Below, piece after piece: positions 23,593-37,332 of a stretch of DNA of 64,000 nt (position 1 is the first letter of the stretch; each line of letters opens with the position of its first letter). The stretch lies in contig OZ024743.1 of assembly GCA_964016885.1 (NCBI GenBank), forward strand, positions 323,020,001 to 323,084,000, read 5' to 3'. The stretch is from Eledone cirrhosa. Taxonomy: Eukaryota. The position numbers and the translations under genes were made by a program. The notes under the pieces were generated by a model. The model worked only from the letters and a program-made list of their open reading frames with translations. It did no database searches and was not told the origin of the DNA.

Positions 23593-24294
23593 ACACGTGT
23601 CCCTTTTACTGAAGAATAATATTTATCTGGTGATGAGACTTCAAGTATGATGTTATCATCATCATCCTCGTTTTAACGTTTGCTTTTCCTGCATGCAAGG
23701 GTTGGACAAGTCTACATAGACCAAATCAGTACTGAAGCAGGGCTATGTATAGCAAGCCCCTGTAAACAAAACCAATAAGGGATCATCTACACTGTTGCTC
23801 AACCTGCTAGAAATAGCAGCCAAATCTCCATCAGATTGTTTTATCATCTTAAAGAAGGACACTTTGAACAATGTAGTCTAGTCTGAAAATATAAAGAGTA
23901 ACTGGTGATTGCTATAATGTTTTTAATCAAAGGTCTACTATATCAGGTTTAACCTGATGTTAAATAATAACAATCACCAAGGCCTTAATTTTATTGGGGT
24001 AACCAATATATTTGGGACTTGTTCAGATGCTAAGTTTTGTGTACATTTGAATATGTATATGTGGACAGTAAACATCACAGCCATTACACATATCAAGAAA
24101 ATACTATGGCAACATTACACCCTTTCTCTTCATAAACAGCACAACACTCCCTTGCTGCTTGCACTTTCTCATCAAACATCAGGCACTCAAACTTAACAGA
24201 AATGTCATCAGCCCTATTACTCTTATTAACTGATGTGACAGCCTCTATTCAGTTGCATGACCTACTAGAAATAGCCAGTAAACATGCCTTAAAG

Positions 24295-24814
24295 CAGAGG
24301 TTCTCAAAAGTGGGTGCTCCCCGGGATCGTTGAAAAGGTCCAAGGGGCGCTGGGGTCTAAGGGAGAGGAGGGGTAGAGATGATATAATAGTATATTAAAT
24401 ATCATATGATACATATATAAAAATATAGTAAAGTAAAAAAATATATAATATTCATTTATACATAGTATATATTACATTATTTATTCGGTGGATTGGCAGT
24501 ATCGGTAGAGGGTCGGACGCCATGCTTTGTCGCATTGAGTTACGGCCCTTGCCATTCTGAGTTCAAATCCCGCCGAGGTTAACTTTGCCTTTCATCCTTA
24601 CAGGGTCGATAAAATAAAGTACCAGTAATACACTGGGTAATTGCTGGCCTTGTGCCAAAAGTAGAAACAATTATTTATTATATATAAATTAACGATTTTA
24701 TTTATTATATATTATTTACAATTTGCTTGTAGGCAGGTCTCTCTGGAAATAGGGCTGGGGGCGCTGGGGGTATTACGTGGCATGAGGGGTGCCCAAAATG
24801 TTTGAGAACTTGTG
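24295..24814. mobile_element. hAT-type MITE with nested SINE
   Basis: TIRs CAGAGGTTCTCAAA / TTTGAGAACTTGTG; 8-bp TSD CCTTAAAG (24287-24294, 24815-24822). Confidence 0.8.
24486..24672 (+). mobile_element. SINE family A, near full length
   Basis: A-box tggcagtatcgg, B-box gagttcaaatcc, central gcctttcatcctt..gggtcgataaaataaagtaccag domain. Confidence 0.88.
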
Positions 24815-25072
24815 CCTTAAAGTTTGAAAAAAATAAGACATTGAACAATGTCTACCTTACTACTAGTCATTCTAATGAGGGGGCTTTGATACAGTTTCTC
24901 ACCCTTCTTGAAATAGCAATCAAATGTCACCAAAATAAAACCCTATCTTCTATCCACCTTTCAGAACAGTAAGCATGGAGGGAGATCAAAGCCTCATGAT
25001 GGCACAGAGTTATTGATAAAGTCACAGGCTCACACAAAACAACTTTGATGGACCAATTAATTAACTAATTAA

Positions 25073-26214
25073 TCTATACATATATATAAAACTGTAGTTG
25101 TCTGTGTGTGTCCTCATTTTTGCAAAGTCTATACAAATCCACATTTCTACTCCGATTGCATTTATATATTCCTTGCGGTCTAAAGATATTAACTGCAGCT
25201 TTTATTTTTCAATTTTCTGTTGTTAAAGGGTGTTAGGCGCTGGTTATCGATCTCCATCGCGCCCTTATAATATGTCTGATGTCTGGCTGTCTGCATTATG
25301 ACACACATTGATGACGTGTTATGTTCGCTATTTTCCGTTCATTGCCAGGGAATGTATTCACGAACCAAAGTATCGTCTTCCTGTTTTCCTTCGGTTGCAA
25401 CGTTTTTCAAAATATTTACATCTGCGTTCAGATTTATTTTTTTATTTTTTTTTTATTTTTAGTTTCAGAAGATCCCGTTAAGGGTGAAAGCAGCGATTCT
25501 TTGCTTAAACTTTAATCTGTTATTTTAATATATAATATAAGCGAGGCAAGCCAGCCCAGTTGCCACTTCTTGCCAATAAACATTAACCCTTTGTGTGCTA
25601 TTCGTCTAACTGTAGACCAACAAATACCAACTAACAAGAACGATGGCGAATGAATCTTCGAGGTAAGCAGTTTCCTCCCGAGCTGTCAGTTCACGCGGGA
25701 TTCTTGCTACACCTTTTCGTAATAATACCGAACAACGTACTGCTGGTCACTCCTTCCTCCAAAAGCCGTACAAAGCAGACATGTGCATCGGGCAGATGGC
25801 TCGGGTGCAAATCTACACCAGGCCTACGCGAGAAATTCGCAAGGGACTGCACTGAGAGGGATAGAGAGAAAGAGTAACTTAGTGGAAAGAATGCGAATGA
25901 ACTTTTGAGGTAAGTAGCCTACGCCTTACTGCTATTGCACTGGAACCTTCTGGCAAATTAACCTGTGACTTTCACATTTACTCCAATAGGCCAAAACAGA
26001 GGAGTATGAAAAGAAGGGGCTCAACAATATTTCTATGAACAATGCACGTAGACAGCTAAACTGTACTTTCAACTTCTTAATTTTCTCCAAATAAAACAAG
26101 TTTCCTGTCGGTATATTTTCGTGAGTTTTTAACAGGCAGTCACAAATAAACGTTTCTCATTTGAGGTGCTATTACCAATGTTCTTACCCGTGCAACGCCG
26201 GGATACACTGCTAG
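25073..26214 (+). mobile_element. Non-autonomous Helitron
   Basis: A|TCtatacatatatataaaactg ... hairpin CCCGtgcaacgcCGGG ... CTAG|T; no TSD; termini resemble those of 4902-7418. Confidence 0.78.
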
Positions 26215-26299
26215 TCAATTAATAAAACTGAAGTGAAATATAACCAGTGCATGTGTGTTTATAAATAATAGTATGACTCTCCCAAACTACAGTAATATA

Positions 26300-26960
26300 T
26301 ATCATCATCATCATCATCACCATTTAACACCCATTTTTCCATGCTAGCATGGGTTAGACAATTTGTTTCGTGAGACAAAGCAGATCAGGTGGCCATGTCT
26401 TGCTCTTACACAACTGTTTCTGGCTTGGTTTCTATGGCTGGGTGCCCTTCGTAGCACCAACCACATTTACAGTGTGGACTAGGTACTTTTTCATATCATC
26501 AACACAATCACTTTACAGCATGGACTGGGCACGTTTTGTCATGTCACCACCACAACCACTTTACATGGTGGACTAGACGCTTTTTATTGTCACCAACACG
26601 ACCACCTTACAGAGTGGACTGGGTGCTTTTTGTTGTCACCAACATGACCACCTTACAGGTTGGGCTAGGTGCTCTTTCACCATTGTGTGTGTGTCCTCAT
26701 CATCGTTTAACATCTATCTTCCACGCTAGCATGGGCTAGACGGGTTTGTCCCATTTAGAGGCAAGTTGGGTCGGGCTCATATAGGTCTGTTTCTGGCTGG
26801 TTTTCTATGGTTGAATGCCTTTCCTAGCGCCAACCACATTACAGTGTCTGCTGGGTGCTTTTGGAATGTCTTTTACTTTGCTGTGTGGGCTGGGTGCTTT
26901 TTGTTGTGACACCTACATGACCACTTTACAGTGTGGGCTGGATGTTTTGTATACCAACAT
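26300..26960 (-). mobile_element. Two adjacent RTE/SINE 3'-tail fragments with degenerate 48-bp units
   Basis: (CAT)n starts, catgctagcatgggttagac, repeated accactttacagtgtggactgggtgc. Confidence 0.7.
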
Positions 26961-26996
26961 AACATACATATGCATATACATGTGTGTGTGTATATA

Positions 26997-28281
26997 CAGG
27001 GTGCGGACGATATTTGTTCGCAAGATTACTGTCTAGGAAAAATAACACAGTAGTTTTATTTTTTAAGATTTATTTATCAAACTTGAGTCAGTTTGTTTTC
27101 ATGACTTGTTCTTTCGATCTCACTTGATAAACCCACCATTGGCTTTGAAGACGGCTTCAAGGCGGCCTCGGAACCGGCTACAGGGCTTAGGCCCCTAAAG
27201 GCACTTGTGATCCTGGCCTTCAGATCGTCTTTCGAATTGCAGCTAGATCTGTTGGTGTCTCGTTCCACTGCACCCCACACAAAGAAGTCGAGGGGGTTGC
27301 AGTCAGGCGAGCTGGGAGGCCAGATGTCAGGTGAAGTGTGGTCGACGAAGTTCTCTGACAGCCAGGCTTGGGTCTTTCAGCTGGTATGGCAGGGCGCTGA
27401 GTCTTGCTGCCACATGTACGGCCTACCTGCAGCTACCAGGTCGATCCAGGGCTTTACTACCTCGCTCAGAACGCAGATGTAGCCATCGGTGTTCAGCTTG
27501 AGGCCCTCAGGGAAGAAGTGAGGTGGCATGACGTCACCTTGACTGCTGACGACACCTAAGACCAATGTTGTCGCTGGAAACTTTGTCTGCACGACTCTGG
27601 GCACGTCTTTGGATGAGACAGCGAGCCACCTGTAGTTCTGGGAGTTGATCTTCTGGTCTTGGTAGAAGTTTTTTTCGTCGGAGAAAAACCACAGTATGTC
27701 TGGCTCCAGTGGGTGTTTCAACTTGTTGATCAGCTTCTTTGCGTGCTTCAGTCGCTTTTCTTGCATTGCCTTTGACAGAAATTGTCCTTTCCTCATCTTG
27801 TATGAAACGTAGCAGATGTCTTCATGTACCACCAGCCTAATGAGCTTTTCATCCACACCTTTCTCCCTTGCAATGGCACGCATTGACTTGCTAGGTTCAT
27901 TGTTGATGATATCCTGAACTTCAACGACGAACTCAGGCGTTCTGAAGGTGTCAGATCGTCGATCATATGTTTTCCTCTCTGATGTTGCTTCGTAGTCGAA
28001 TCCTGAATCTTCTAACTCCTTTCTGACCTTTTCCACCATTCTCCTGCTGATACTGAGAAAGTCTGAAATTTCCTTATTTGTCCTCCCGGCGCGGATTCCA
28101 AGAAGAACTCCATGTCTCTTCCACAAATTTGGACGTTCAAAATTATTCATAATCAATTATTCTGAAAATAAATAATGGAAATATAGTCAGTTTTTATGAA
28201 GACAAGAGTGACAACGGAAGTAAAAAAAATTTGCATAAAATTAGCAGTTGAAAGTTGTGAACAAATATCGTCCACACCCTG
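26997..28281 (-). mobile_element. Tc1/mariner superfamily DD37D (maT-type) transposon, full length, inactivated
   Basis: TIR CAGGGTG(C/T)GGACGATATTTGTTC(G/A)CAA, TA TSDs; transposase FSDEK..QQDSAPCH..SPDCNPLD with 37 residues between D2 and D3; TGA stop at 27377-27379. Confidence 0.93.
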
Positions 28282-30040
28282 TATATATATTGCAACCATT
28301 AGATGTCATCTGGCTTGTTTTATGCCCCACCCACATTGTTCTTGTCATCACCATCTCTCCCACTCCATCACACCACGTTGAATCCCACTACTCTTGTCAG
28401 ACACCCATAACATCATACCTGTCATCCTTCTCACACCCTAAACATGTCTGCCTTGAGATAGGGCATCCTCTCTTCCCCTCATGGTCTAAATAGTACTCTT
28501 CAGTCATATCACAGATATGACAAACTCTCTGGTGCTGATGCCATGAAAAATGTACCCAGTTGATGGTAGGAAGAACATTCATCCTTAGAAAATTAGCCAA
28601 AGAAAAAAAAACATAATCCCCCTACCATTGCCATGATAATATGCACCAAGTACACTTTGTAAAGTGTTTAGTGATAGCAAGGCATAAGGTCATCCAGTTA
28701 TAGAAACCATGCCAAAATTAGAACATTTGCTTGCGCTACAATGCCCCATGGCATATCTGGGAGAGCAGTAGCTTGTGTTTTGGAACTGAGTTTGTCTGTG
28801 ATGACCCATGCAAGCTTGGAAAAATAAATGTTAAATGATGAAGTAGGTGTGTGTGAGTGTTTATGTATGTGTATAAATATATATTTGTATAATGTACAAA
28901 TGTCAATAGATACAGATCTGCACATATTGATGTGTTGTTATCTCTGGAATAATGCTGGATTCCTATCCTCCTTTTATTCTTGGATAATCTTCATTTTTAT
29001 TTTGTATCATAAAAGATGAAATTAAATGGAGTTAATTCTGCTTAGCAAGAAACTAATTTTCATTGATTTTTTTTTCAATAAGATGATACATAAAAGTAAA
29101 CAGTAAACAGCTGCTTAATTTCTTAAGTAGTCATAATGGTAAATGTAGAGGATAAGAAAGAAAAGAATGGAGAAATGTGAAGGGAAAAGATTTAATTCTT
29201 TTGTTATTAAACCACCTTAGATAGACTCTGGTACTGTGATATAAAATGTCTATATTTAAATTAAGAACTTTCATTGCTGGCATGGGTTGGATGAGACTTT
29301 TTGCGGCAATGTTTTACAGCTGGATGCTCTTGACATTAACCCTTTTAGTCATTCCTTACAACATGTAGGGATATAGTGTACCTATTCTAAACCAGATACT
29401 CATGGCCTAATATGTTTCAATAACATTTTAATAATAAAATGTTAGTTATATTACTAAATCCCCCAAATACTTAATTTTTAAAATTATTGAAATATGTTGG
29501 CAATGTATTTTATTAGGAGCATGTTTGTAAAAGGGTTTTTTTTAATGAGGGAGAGAGGGGGACAGAAAAAGTGGACAAAAGATAATTTCCTCTTCCTTTG
29601 AAAAGGTTATCAGACTATGTTTAGAAATATTTATAGATCTGCTGCCTTTTCCTAGGATTTTGGCAAACTGAGCTGCCTAAATAAACTTTGAAACACTTGT
29701 ACAAGGATTTGAACTCAATACCTATGAATTGGTGTGTAAAACTGTCTTCACTTGATCACTAATAGAGAACGCTGGTGTATCAACATTTTAGTGAAAAAGA
29801 ATCTGTTTGAAATTTTACATATTCTCGCAGATTACGTGAATATTTTTAAAACATTATTTTTACTTTATTTTTTTCAGTAAAAATAACTATATTAATATTT
29901 AAAAAAGGAAGAGAAAGGCAAGGGCTCTTGGGTCACAGAAGAATGGGGAGGAGAGAGGGTGAGGGTGATGGGCATAGGGTGCAGCAGTGTTGATCACTTA
30001 TGTTAAGTTAATTAAAGTGTTGTCTCAAGCCCAGATGCTC

Positions 30041-30348
30041 ATCAGGCTAGAGCTTATCCTGGTTTTATTAGCATTAAGCAACTGAAAGTACAAGACTACC
30101 CATATTAAGATGCCAGCCCATTACAGCTGCTGGTACTCATAAATCTTAGTTGAGTGAACTGGAGCAACATGAAATGAAGTGTTTTGCTCAAAGACAGAAC
30201 ATGCTACCCAATCTTAGCTGAGTGAACTGGAGCATCATGAAATGAAGTGTCTTGTTTAAGGATGCAATGGACCACATGGTCCAGGAAGGGAAACCACAAC
30301 TATATAATCATGAGCCCAATACCCTAACCACTAAGCTGCATGCCTTCA
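30041..30348 (-). mobile_element. Old SINE B-related element
   Basis: gctgagtgaactggagca..tgaaatgaagtgtcttg (duplicated) and ctaaccactaagc...gccttca. Confidence 0.6.
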
Positions 30349-31714
30349 TATTTGACCACTTTACTCTTACTATAATGCACTGGGGTTGAAATGTTGACTA
30401 CACTAAGAAAACATTGCCCTGACATGACCTTAGCTGTGATGTCTAAAGCAAACTAAAGAAATGTTCATAAAAAATTAGTTTGTGTTTAGTTGAAAAAAAG
30501 AAAAAAGACTAAAACTATTGAAATGAGCAAGAGTAGAGAGGAGATTATGACAACAAGCTGTCGCAATCTAGTTTTAATTCTTGAAATAATTTCTATTAAA
30601 TTGTCACATAAATCTCTTTAATAAAGAGTTAAATATGGCATAAGCTCATCATTTTTCCTCTGTAAATCCTTTGCTTCAATAAGAAATCGGTGTTAAGAAA
30701 TTGCCTGATTTTATATTTCTTTTTCTAGTTTACAGTATTGTATTGCCATTGGCCAACTCTTTTATGTATATCAACCAATTTACAGCTGTTTCATGTCAAT
30801 CATCTATGTTTGTTCTGTTCTTGTATAAATTAAGGTGGGAAATTTGCTGAGTCATTAGAGCCAAACAAGGGGTTGGGAGGACCCTTCAGTTTGTGTCAAA
30901 AGACACAACTTCTCTGCACTATGTTAGTGGGATACAGACCTCTTAGCCTGTCTGGGAGGTCAGTAGCCCCAGTGCAGTACTGATTGGATGTATGTAGACT
31001 TGTCCAACCCTTGTTAGCAGAGAAAGGAGACGTCAAATGATAATAATGATGATGATCAAATTAACTCTCATGGTATTTGTTCAAATCCTTCCACAACAGT
31101 CAACCTTCTTTATCCATCTAGAATCAATACATGATGTACCAGTACAGGACTGTAGATTAGCAAAGTTGTTAGAGCATTAGTCATTGACTAGACTGTAAAA
31201 AAAAAAAAGAATATTTGTTGTTAAATTTGCAAGGTGGTAGTGCTGGTGCCAAAGCAAAAAGCACCCAGTCCATCCTGTAAGGTGGTCGTACTGGTGCCAC
31301 AACAAAAAGCACCCAGTCCATCCTGTAAAGTGGTTGGCATTAGAAAGGGCATCCAACTGTAGACAACCAAGCCCCAAAATGGAGCATATGAGCAAGTTGG
31401 GATCACCTAACCTGTCTGGTCCCATAACATGACAGCTCATCAAACCCATGGAAAATAAACATTAAACAGTGATGATGATTCTCAGTTCTATTTACTGCAA
31501 TGATCTTGACATTTATTTTCAGTTAAGTTATCTAAGTTTTCAATATGAAGTATTCATCCAGGATAGACGAGTAGATTCCATGTTGCTTTAGATTTGCACT
31601 TTCTAGATAGTGTGTCATCTTTTCTTATCTACAGTAGCTTATTTATGATTTAGCATAGAGCTCTAAAGCTCTGTAGTTCTGTTATTGATGCTGGAAATAT
31701 GTTCTTCCTACATA

Positions 31715-32225
31715 AGCTTGTTTATATTAACAACCAAAAGTTCAGGCTGCAGTTTTGTTTGTATTTTTATAACTGAAATGGTACCTTTTCCAATGAAACT
31801 CAAACTATACAAGTCCTTGGTGATATAAATCCGTTTGTATGGGTGTGAAAGTTGATCATTTACAGCTGACATGGAATGAAGAATGTAGTCATTTGAGCAC
31901 AAGTGCATCAGATGGTTGCTACACATCCCACACATGGAGCACAAAGAAACCAGCTTTGTCAGGCAGCAAGTTAACAAATATGCTGGCAGAGAGGAACCAC
32001 TCTTTGCGATGATAAAAAGAGGGAAGCTTGCATGGTATGGTCATATATCCCGTCACAACTCCTTGTCTAAAACTATCCTTCAGAGCACAGTTGAGGAGGG
32101 CAAAGAAAATTCTGGTCCGACATCAAAAACTGGACTGGTCACAACACTGAGACCCTTCTATGCATGACGGAGAATAGAGACTAGTGACAATGGCTGATTA
32201 CAAAAGTGTCTAGAGTGGCACCTCA
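31715..32225 (+). mobile_element. Degenerate RTE-type LINE 3' fragment (different family)
   Basis: KLKLYKSLV...YGCES; KRGKLAWYGHISRHNSLSKTILQ. Confidence 0.7.
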
Positions 32226-32283
32226 ACAACTGACTACACCAGATGCTGGAACATGATTGGTACCTTCCAGTCATTCACATAGG

Positions 32284-32660
32284 CTTTCATATTTCCGAAG
32301 ACTGTATAAAATAACTACTGAAAGATCACTGTTATCTGCTGATGTTAATAGTGTAAATAGCATGTAGCAATTAACACAATACAGTTAAATAATTGTTTCT
32401 ACTTTTGGCACAAGGCCAGCAATTACCCAGTGTATTACTGGTACTTTATTTTATCGACCCCCGTAAGGATGAAAGGCAAAGTTAACCTCAGCGGGATTTG
32501 AACTCAGATCATAAGGGGACGTAACTATGCTGCCTTATATAAGGTTCAATATTTAACTCCATTGTGCTAATGGCTACATGCTCTTTACACTATTAACATC
32601 AGCAGATGACAATGACCTTTCAGTAGTTAGTTTATACAGAGTCTTTAGAAAGATGAAAAC
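32284..32660. mobile_element. Fold-back MITE-like inverted repeat (~110-bp arms) with SINE A (32390-32530, minus) at its centre
   Basis: ctactgaaagatcactgttatctgctgatgttaatagtgtaaa vs tttacactattaacatcagcagatgacaatgacctttcagtag. Confidence 0.7.
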
Positions 32661-33514
32661 CTGTTATTTTATAACTGATGGCTTGTTGGATGACAGATCA
32701 TAGGATTGATCTAAAAGAAATGATTTAATGGATCTAACATTAAGGTAGCTTTAAAACCATCTAAGTAGTTTCCCATGTGTCCCCTCAGATTTCACCTTGG
32801 TACCATCATCATCATCATCATATGTCTGTTTTTCATGTAGGAATGACTTCTGTGCATAACCTTCTCTTCTTGGCTAATCTGTTGGGCTTTGCTTCTATCT
32901 CTTCTTCTCAGTTGTAGCAAATTTTATTTGTTAATAGTCGAAAAACTAATCGTCCTGTTTTGTGTTCATTTGTTACTGTCTGATTTGTTACTGTGCACTG
33001 GAACTAATGATATTGATCATAATGCACAGAAACCACGATGACCTACAGCAGTCCACTGTGTTTCGTTCATTTTTCCTTTGTCTTCGTCCCTCATGTTTGA
33101 TTCATTGTATCAACTTAACCATGCAGAACACTTCAATATATGTATGTGTGTGTGGTGTGTGTACACACATATTAGCAAATATGCACATAGTAAAACGGAT
33201 ATAAACAACAAAGAAATACGAGCATGTAAATTCCTCTTCAGCCACCCACTGGAAATACAGTTTTGTGCATTAGCGGGGGGATTGTATTATTATAGCCAGG
33301 TGGTACACCTCTTAATAAAATATTTCTGGAGAGATGCATAAGAGTGCGCAACAATAAAGTAACCAAGCAGAAAATAAACAGAACAGTGAAATACAAATGA
33401 GTGTTTCTATTTGAATAAAACAGAAAAATGTCTCCTGGAAAGGAAGGAAATATAGGGAGATTGTTTTTAAAACGATGAGAGAGAAATAACGAAAGAAGGA
33501 GAGAAGTAGAGAAT

Positions 33515-36337
33515 ACGACTTGTCCTCAATAGAACTACGGTGACAGTAATATCTGCGTACGCACCCCAATCTGGACTGCCCGGCACTATAAAAGACAGAT
33601 TCTATGAGACACTGATGCTAACTACCTCCCAAATATCCGACAGTGACTATATAATTATTGCAGGCGACCTAAATGGTCACGAAATCCATGGAGGCTATGG
33701 GTTTGGTACTAGAAATGAGGAAGGCTCCAGAATCCTGGAATTCTGTGATGCAAATAACCTAACTATCTGTAACACTAACTTCAAAAAACGTGACAATCAC
33801 CTGATCACCTATAGATCCGGGGAACACACAAGCCAGGTAGATTATATCCTTACCAGAAGACGTGACAGCTAAATCCCTCCCCCATGAAGAATGCACCTCC
33901 CAACATAGACTGATAATTAGCGACCTCATAGTCAGGACGAGACGTACTCGACAGCAGAAGAGGACTATCCTCAGGAGAAAAATATGGAAGCTAAAGGACC
34001 CCACAGCCAGAAATAAATTTCAAAGCATATTACTTGATGCTTTCGACAGTAAGGAAGAACATTTAGAGTCGGACAATATAGAGGGACAGTGGGAATTTCT
34101 GAAAGCAAACCTGCTGATGGCGACAGACGAAGTCTGTGGCTGGAGCAGGCCTGTAGGCAGGAGGAGAGTAACATGGTGGTGGAACAGTAAGGTGGAGGGG
34201 TCAATTAAGGCCAAAAAGCAGGCTTGGAAAGTATGGCGGGATGGGGGAAGTAGAGAAGACTATCAAGTGACCAGGAGGGAAGCTAGGAGACAAGTGTACT
34301 TAGCAAGAAGGGAAGCAGAGGAAAGAAAGTTCAAGCATGTTCTACAACGCGAGGACCAAAAGCGTGAGGTGTTCAGGATTGCTAGGCAATGCGTCAAGGA
34401 AAACTGTGATATTGTCGGGGAGAAGTGTGTACTTAACGATGATGGCACACTTGCCATCACCGACGCTGATAAGAAGGTAGCTTGGAAGTGTCACTATGAA
34501 AGGCTACTAAATGAGGAGAATAAATGGGAGAAAGACAGTCTCCCCCATATTGACCCAATAGAGGGACCAGCAGTGTTAGTCGAGGGGAGTATAATAAGTA
34601 AGGCAATCAAGGATATGAAGACGGGTAAGGCGGCTGGGCCTTCGGAAATAGTTGCTGAGATGCTGAAGGCATCTGGCACGGTGGGACACACCATGGTCAC
34701 CCGCATAGTTAACCAAGTCGTACAGAATGGGGTTGTTCCGAAGGACTGGCATAGCAGCATCATCGTTAACTGTTATAAGGGTAAAGGAGACGCCCTAGAT
34801 AGGAGTAACTATAGAGGCATTAAATTAATCGACCAGGTCATGAAGGTCACGGAAAAAGTAATAGCGCAACTAATCAGAGAGAGAATTGACCTAGATGAAA
34901 TGCAGTTCGGGTTTGTGTCAGGCAAAAGTACCACAGACGCTCTTTTCATTGTACGACAACTACAGGAGAAGTACCTAGCTAAAGGTAAACCCCTCTACTT
35001 AGCTTTTGTCGACTTGGAGAAAGCCTTCGACAGAGTCCCCCGCTCCATTATCTGGTGGGCTCTTAGAAAACTAGGCGTTGACGAATGGCTTGTGAGGGCT
35101 ATACAAGCCATGTATAAAGAAACAGTCAGCAAGGTTAGAATTAACAACGAATATAGTGAAGAGTTTAGCGTAAAAGTTGGCGTCCATCAGGGCTCTGTTC
35201 TCAGCCCCCTACTATTTATTATTGCCCTTCAGGCTATAACAGAGGAGTTCAAGACCGGCTGCCCATGGGAACTCCTATACGCAGACGACCTAACACTCAT
35301 AGCGGAATCAATGGCCGAGCTAGAGAAGAAATTCCAAACATGGAAGCACGGCCTAGAATCAAAAGGACTTAAAATTAACCTGGCTAAGACTAAAGTTCTA
35401 GTTTGCAGGAAAGAAAACAAGGCGGCGGTCCCTTCTGGGAAATGGTCGTGCTCGGTGTGTAGGAAAGGCGTAGGTAGAAACTCCATTTTATGTCCTAAAT
35501 GCAAAGTATGGGTGCATAAAAGATGTAGTGGGATCACAGGTAAGCTAACTAAGAACATAGATTTTACATGTGGCCGGTGCTCTGGTGCAGAGGATATACG
35601 CAGACTAGAGAGGAACGAAGCTTGCATGCTCCGCTGGATGTGTAACAGTAATATACGTGAACGGCAAAGCATAAACGAACTAAGGAAATAATTAGAAATA
35701 AGAGGGATCAGATGTTGTTTACTCGAGAGAAGGCTACGTTGGTATGGACACGTGATGCGCATGAAAGTCGATAGCTGTATAACAAAGTGCAGGGCAATAA
35801 AGATAGACGGTAGCCATGGAATAGGCAGACCTAGAAAAACCTGGGACGAGCTGATAAACTCCGACCTCGCACACTTACACCTCTCCAAGACAATGTCACT
35901 GGACCGAGACCTTTGGCGGTACTCAGTAACAGAGAAGACCCGCCTTACCTAAATACATAGTAAAACCTACTACAGCCAGTAGGCATCTCTAACAAAATAC
36001 ACCCCGTCCCACCACCACCACCCCCACCTCATCCACACCACCCCGTTCTATGTAAAGTTATGTTGGTGCCGCGCCATCCAGGCCAAAACAAATGAGATCG
36101 TGTAGGTGTCACGACAAAAAAACACACAGTCCACGCTGTAATGTGGCCGTGTAGGCAACACGGTAAAAACCTCCCAGACCCACACTGTAAATGTGGTTGG
36201 TGTTAGGAAGGGCATCCAACTGTAGAAAACCTGCCAGACAGTCCTATGCGAGCAAGACAATCACTCTTGCCTCAAGTGGGACTACCCCCGTCCAAACCCA
36301 TGCAAGCGTGGAACACGGACGTTAAACGTTGATGATG
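33515..36337 (+). mobile_element. RTE LINE copy 3 (APE + RT), least decayed
   Basis: VISAYAPQ, AGDLNGH; 609-aa ORF with AFVDLEKAFD, QGSVLSPLLF, YADD and CSVC..C..C..WVHKRC..C..C; (GAT)n tail. Confidence 0.95.
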
Positions 36338-36573
36338 AGAGAGAGAGAGATGTAAAATCCCAACCGCGGTGTCAAGCGGTTTCAGCTTGCATAAGGCTTG
36401 CTGAACAAGCCAAAACCGCCCGGCGCCACAGTTGGGATTTTGCGTATCTCTATACCCACTCTGCATCTACCTATACATTGAGTACTCTCATGATTAGTGG
36501 CCTCATGACTGTGAATCTAACTCTACCCACTAAGCCACATGCCTTCACGCATGCACGCACGCATGCACGCACG

Positions 36574-36614
<41 letters not shown>

Positions 36615-37129
36615 TTCCCTGCTATCATGAGTTGTCTGATGATTAATATGAGGAAGATCATAGATTGTTGCTTTCATGTCATTAAGATGTTGGTATTTGG
36701 TCTGTTTTGTTAGTGGTCACACATCTTTTAATCTGTCTAATATAGATAACTACAGTATTTTAGCTTTCAGTAGAATTGGTACAGATAACACAACACACCA
36801 CAACACTAGATACTTTGCATTATCGTTTTTACTAATATTAGAATATATTTAGCTTTGAATGAGACATTTAAAAAAATGTTAAACCCCAAACCCAAATTTG
36901 GTAAAGAAACTTATGTGGCAACCCCCAGAATTAGTTTCAAGCCAAATTGTTTCTATTCTCAATTATATTACAACCAGACTGAATGATCTCTCACCATTTA
37001 TAAGAAACCAATATATTGATTCTATGTAGAAATGATGCATAAGCAGAGGGTCAGCTAAAAACTATGTTGAGGATATTGGTGGTGGTGATGACTGGTGGTT
37101 GTGGTGGTATCTAACAAATCTCATACACA

Positions 37130-37332
37130 TGTATACAAACACAAACACACACACACCACACACCACACCCACACCACACCACACACACACCACACACACG
37201 CACACCACACACACCACACACACGCACACCACACACCACACACACCACACACGCACACCACACATCACACACCACACACCACACACACACACACACACAC
37301 CACACACACACACTACACACCACCCACACACA
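37130..37332. repeat. (CA)/(CAC) low-complexity repeat
   Basis: Direct reading. Confidence 0.9.

Noticed and set aside
24486-24580. tRNA genes at SINE heads (also ~18640-18718 and similar)
   Set aside because: A/B boxes are present but no cloverleaf was seen; they continue into SINE bodies
27377-27379. Programmed read-through of the transposase TGA
   Set aside because: More simply a CGA>TGA mutation in a dead copy
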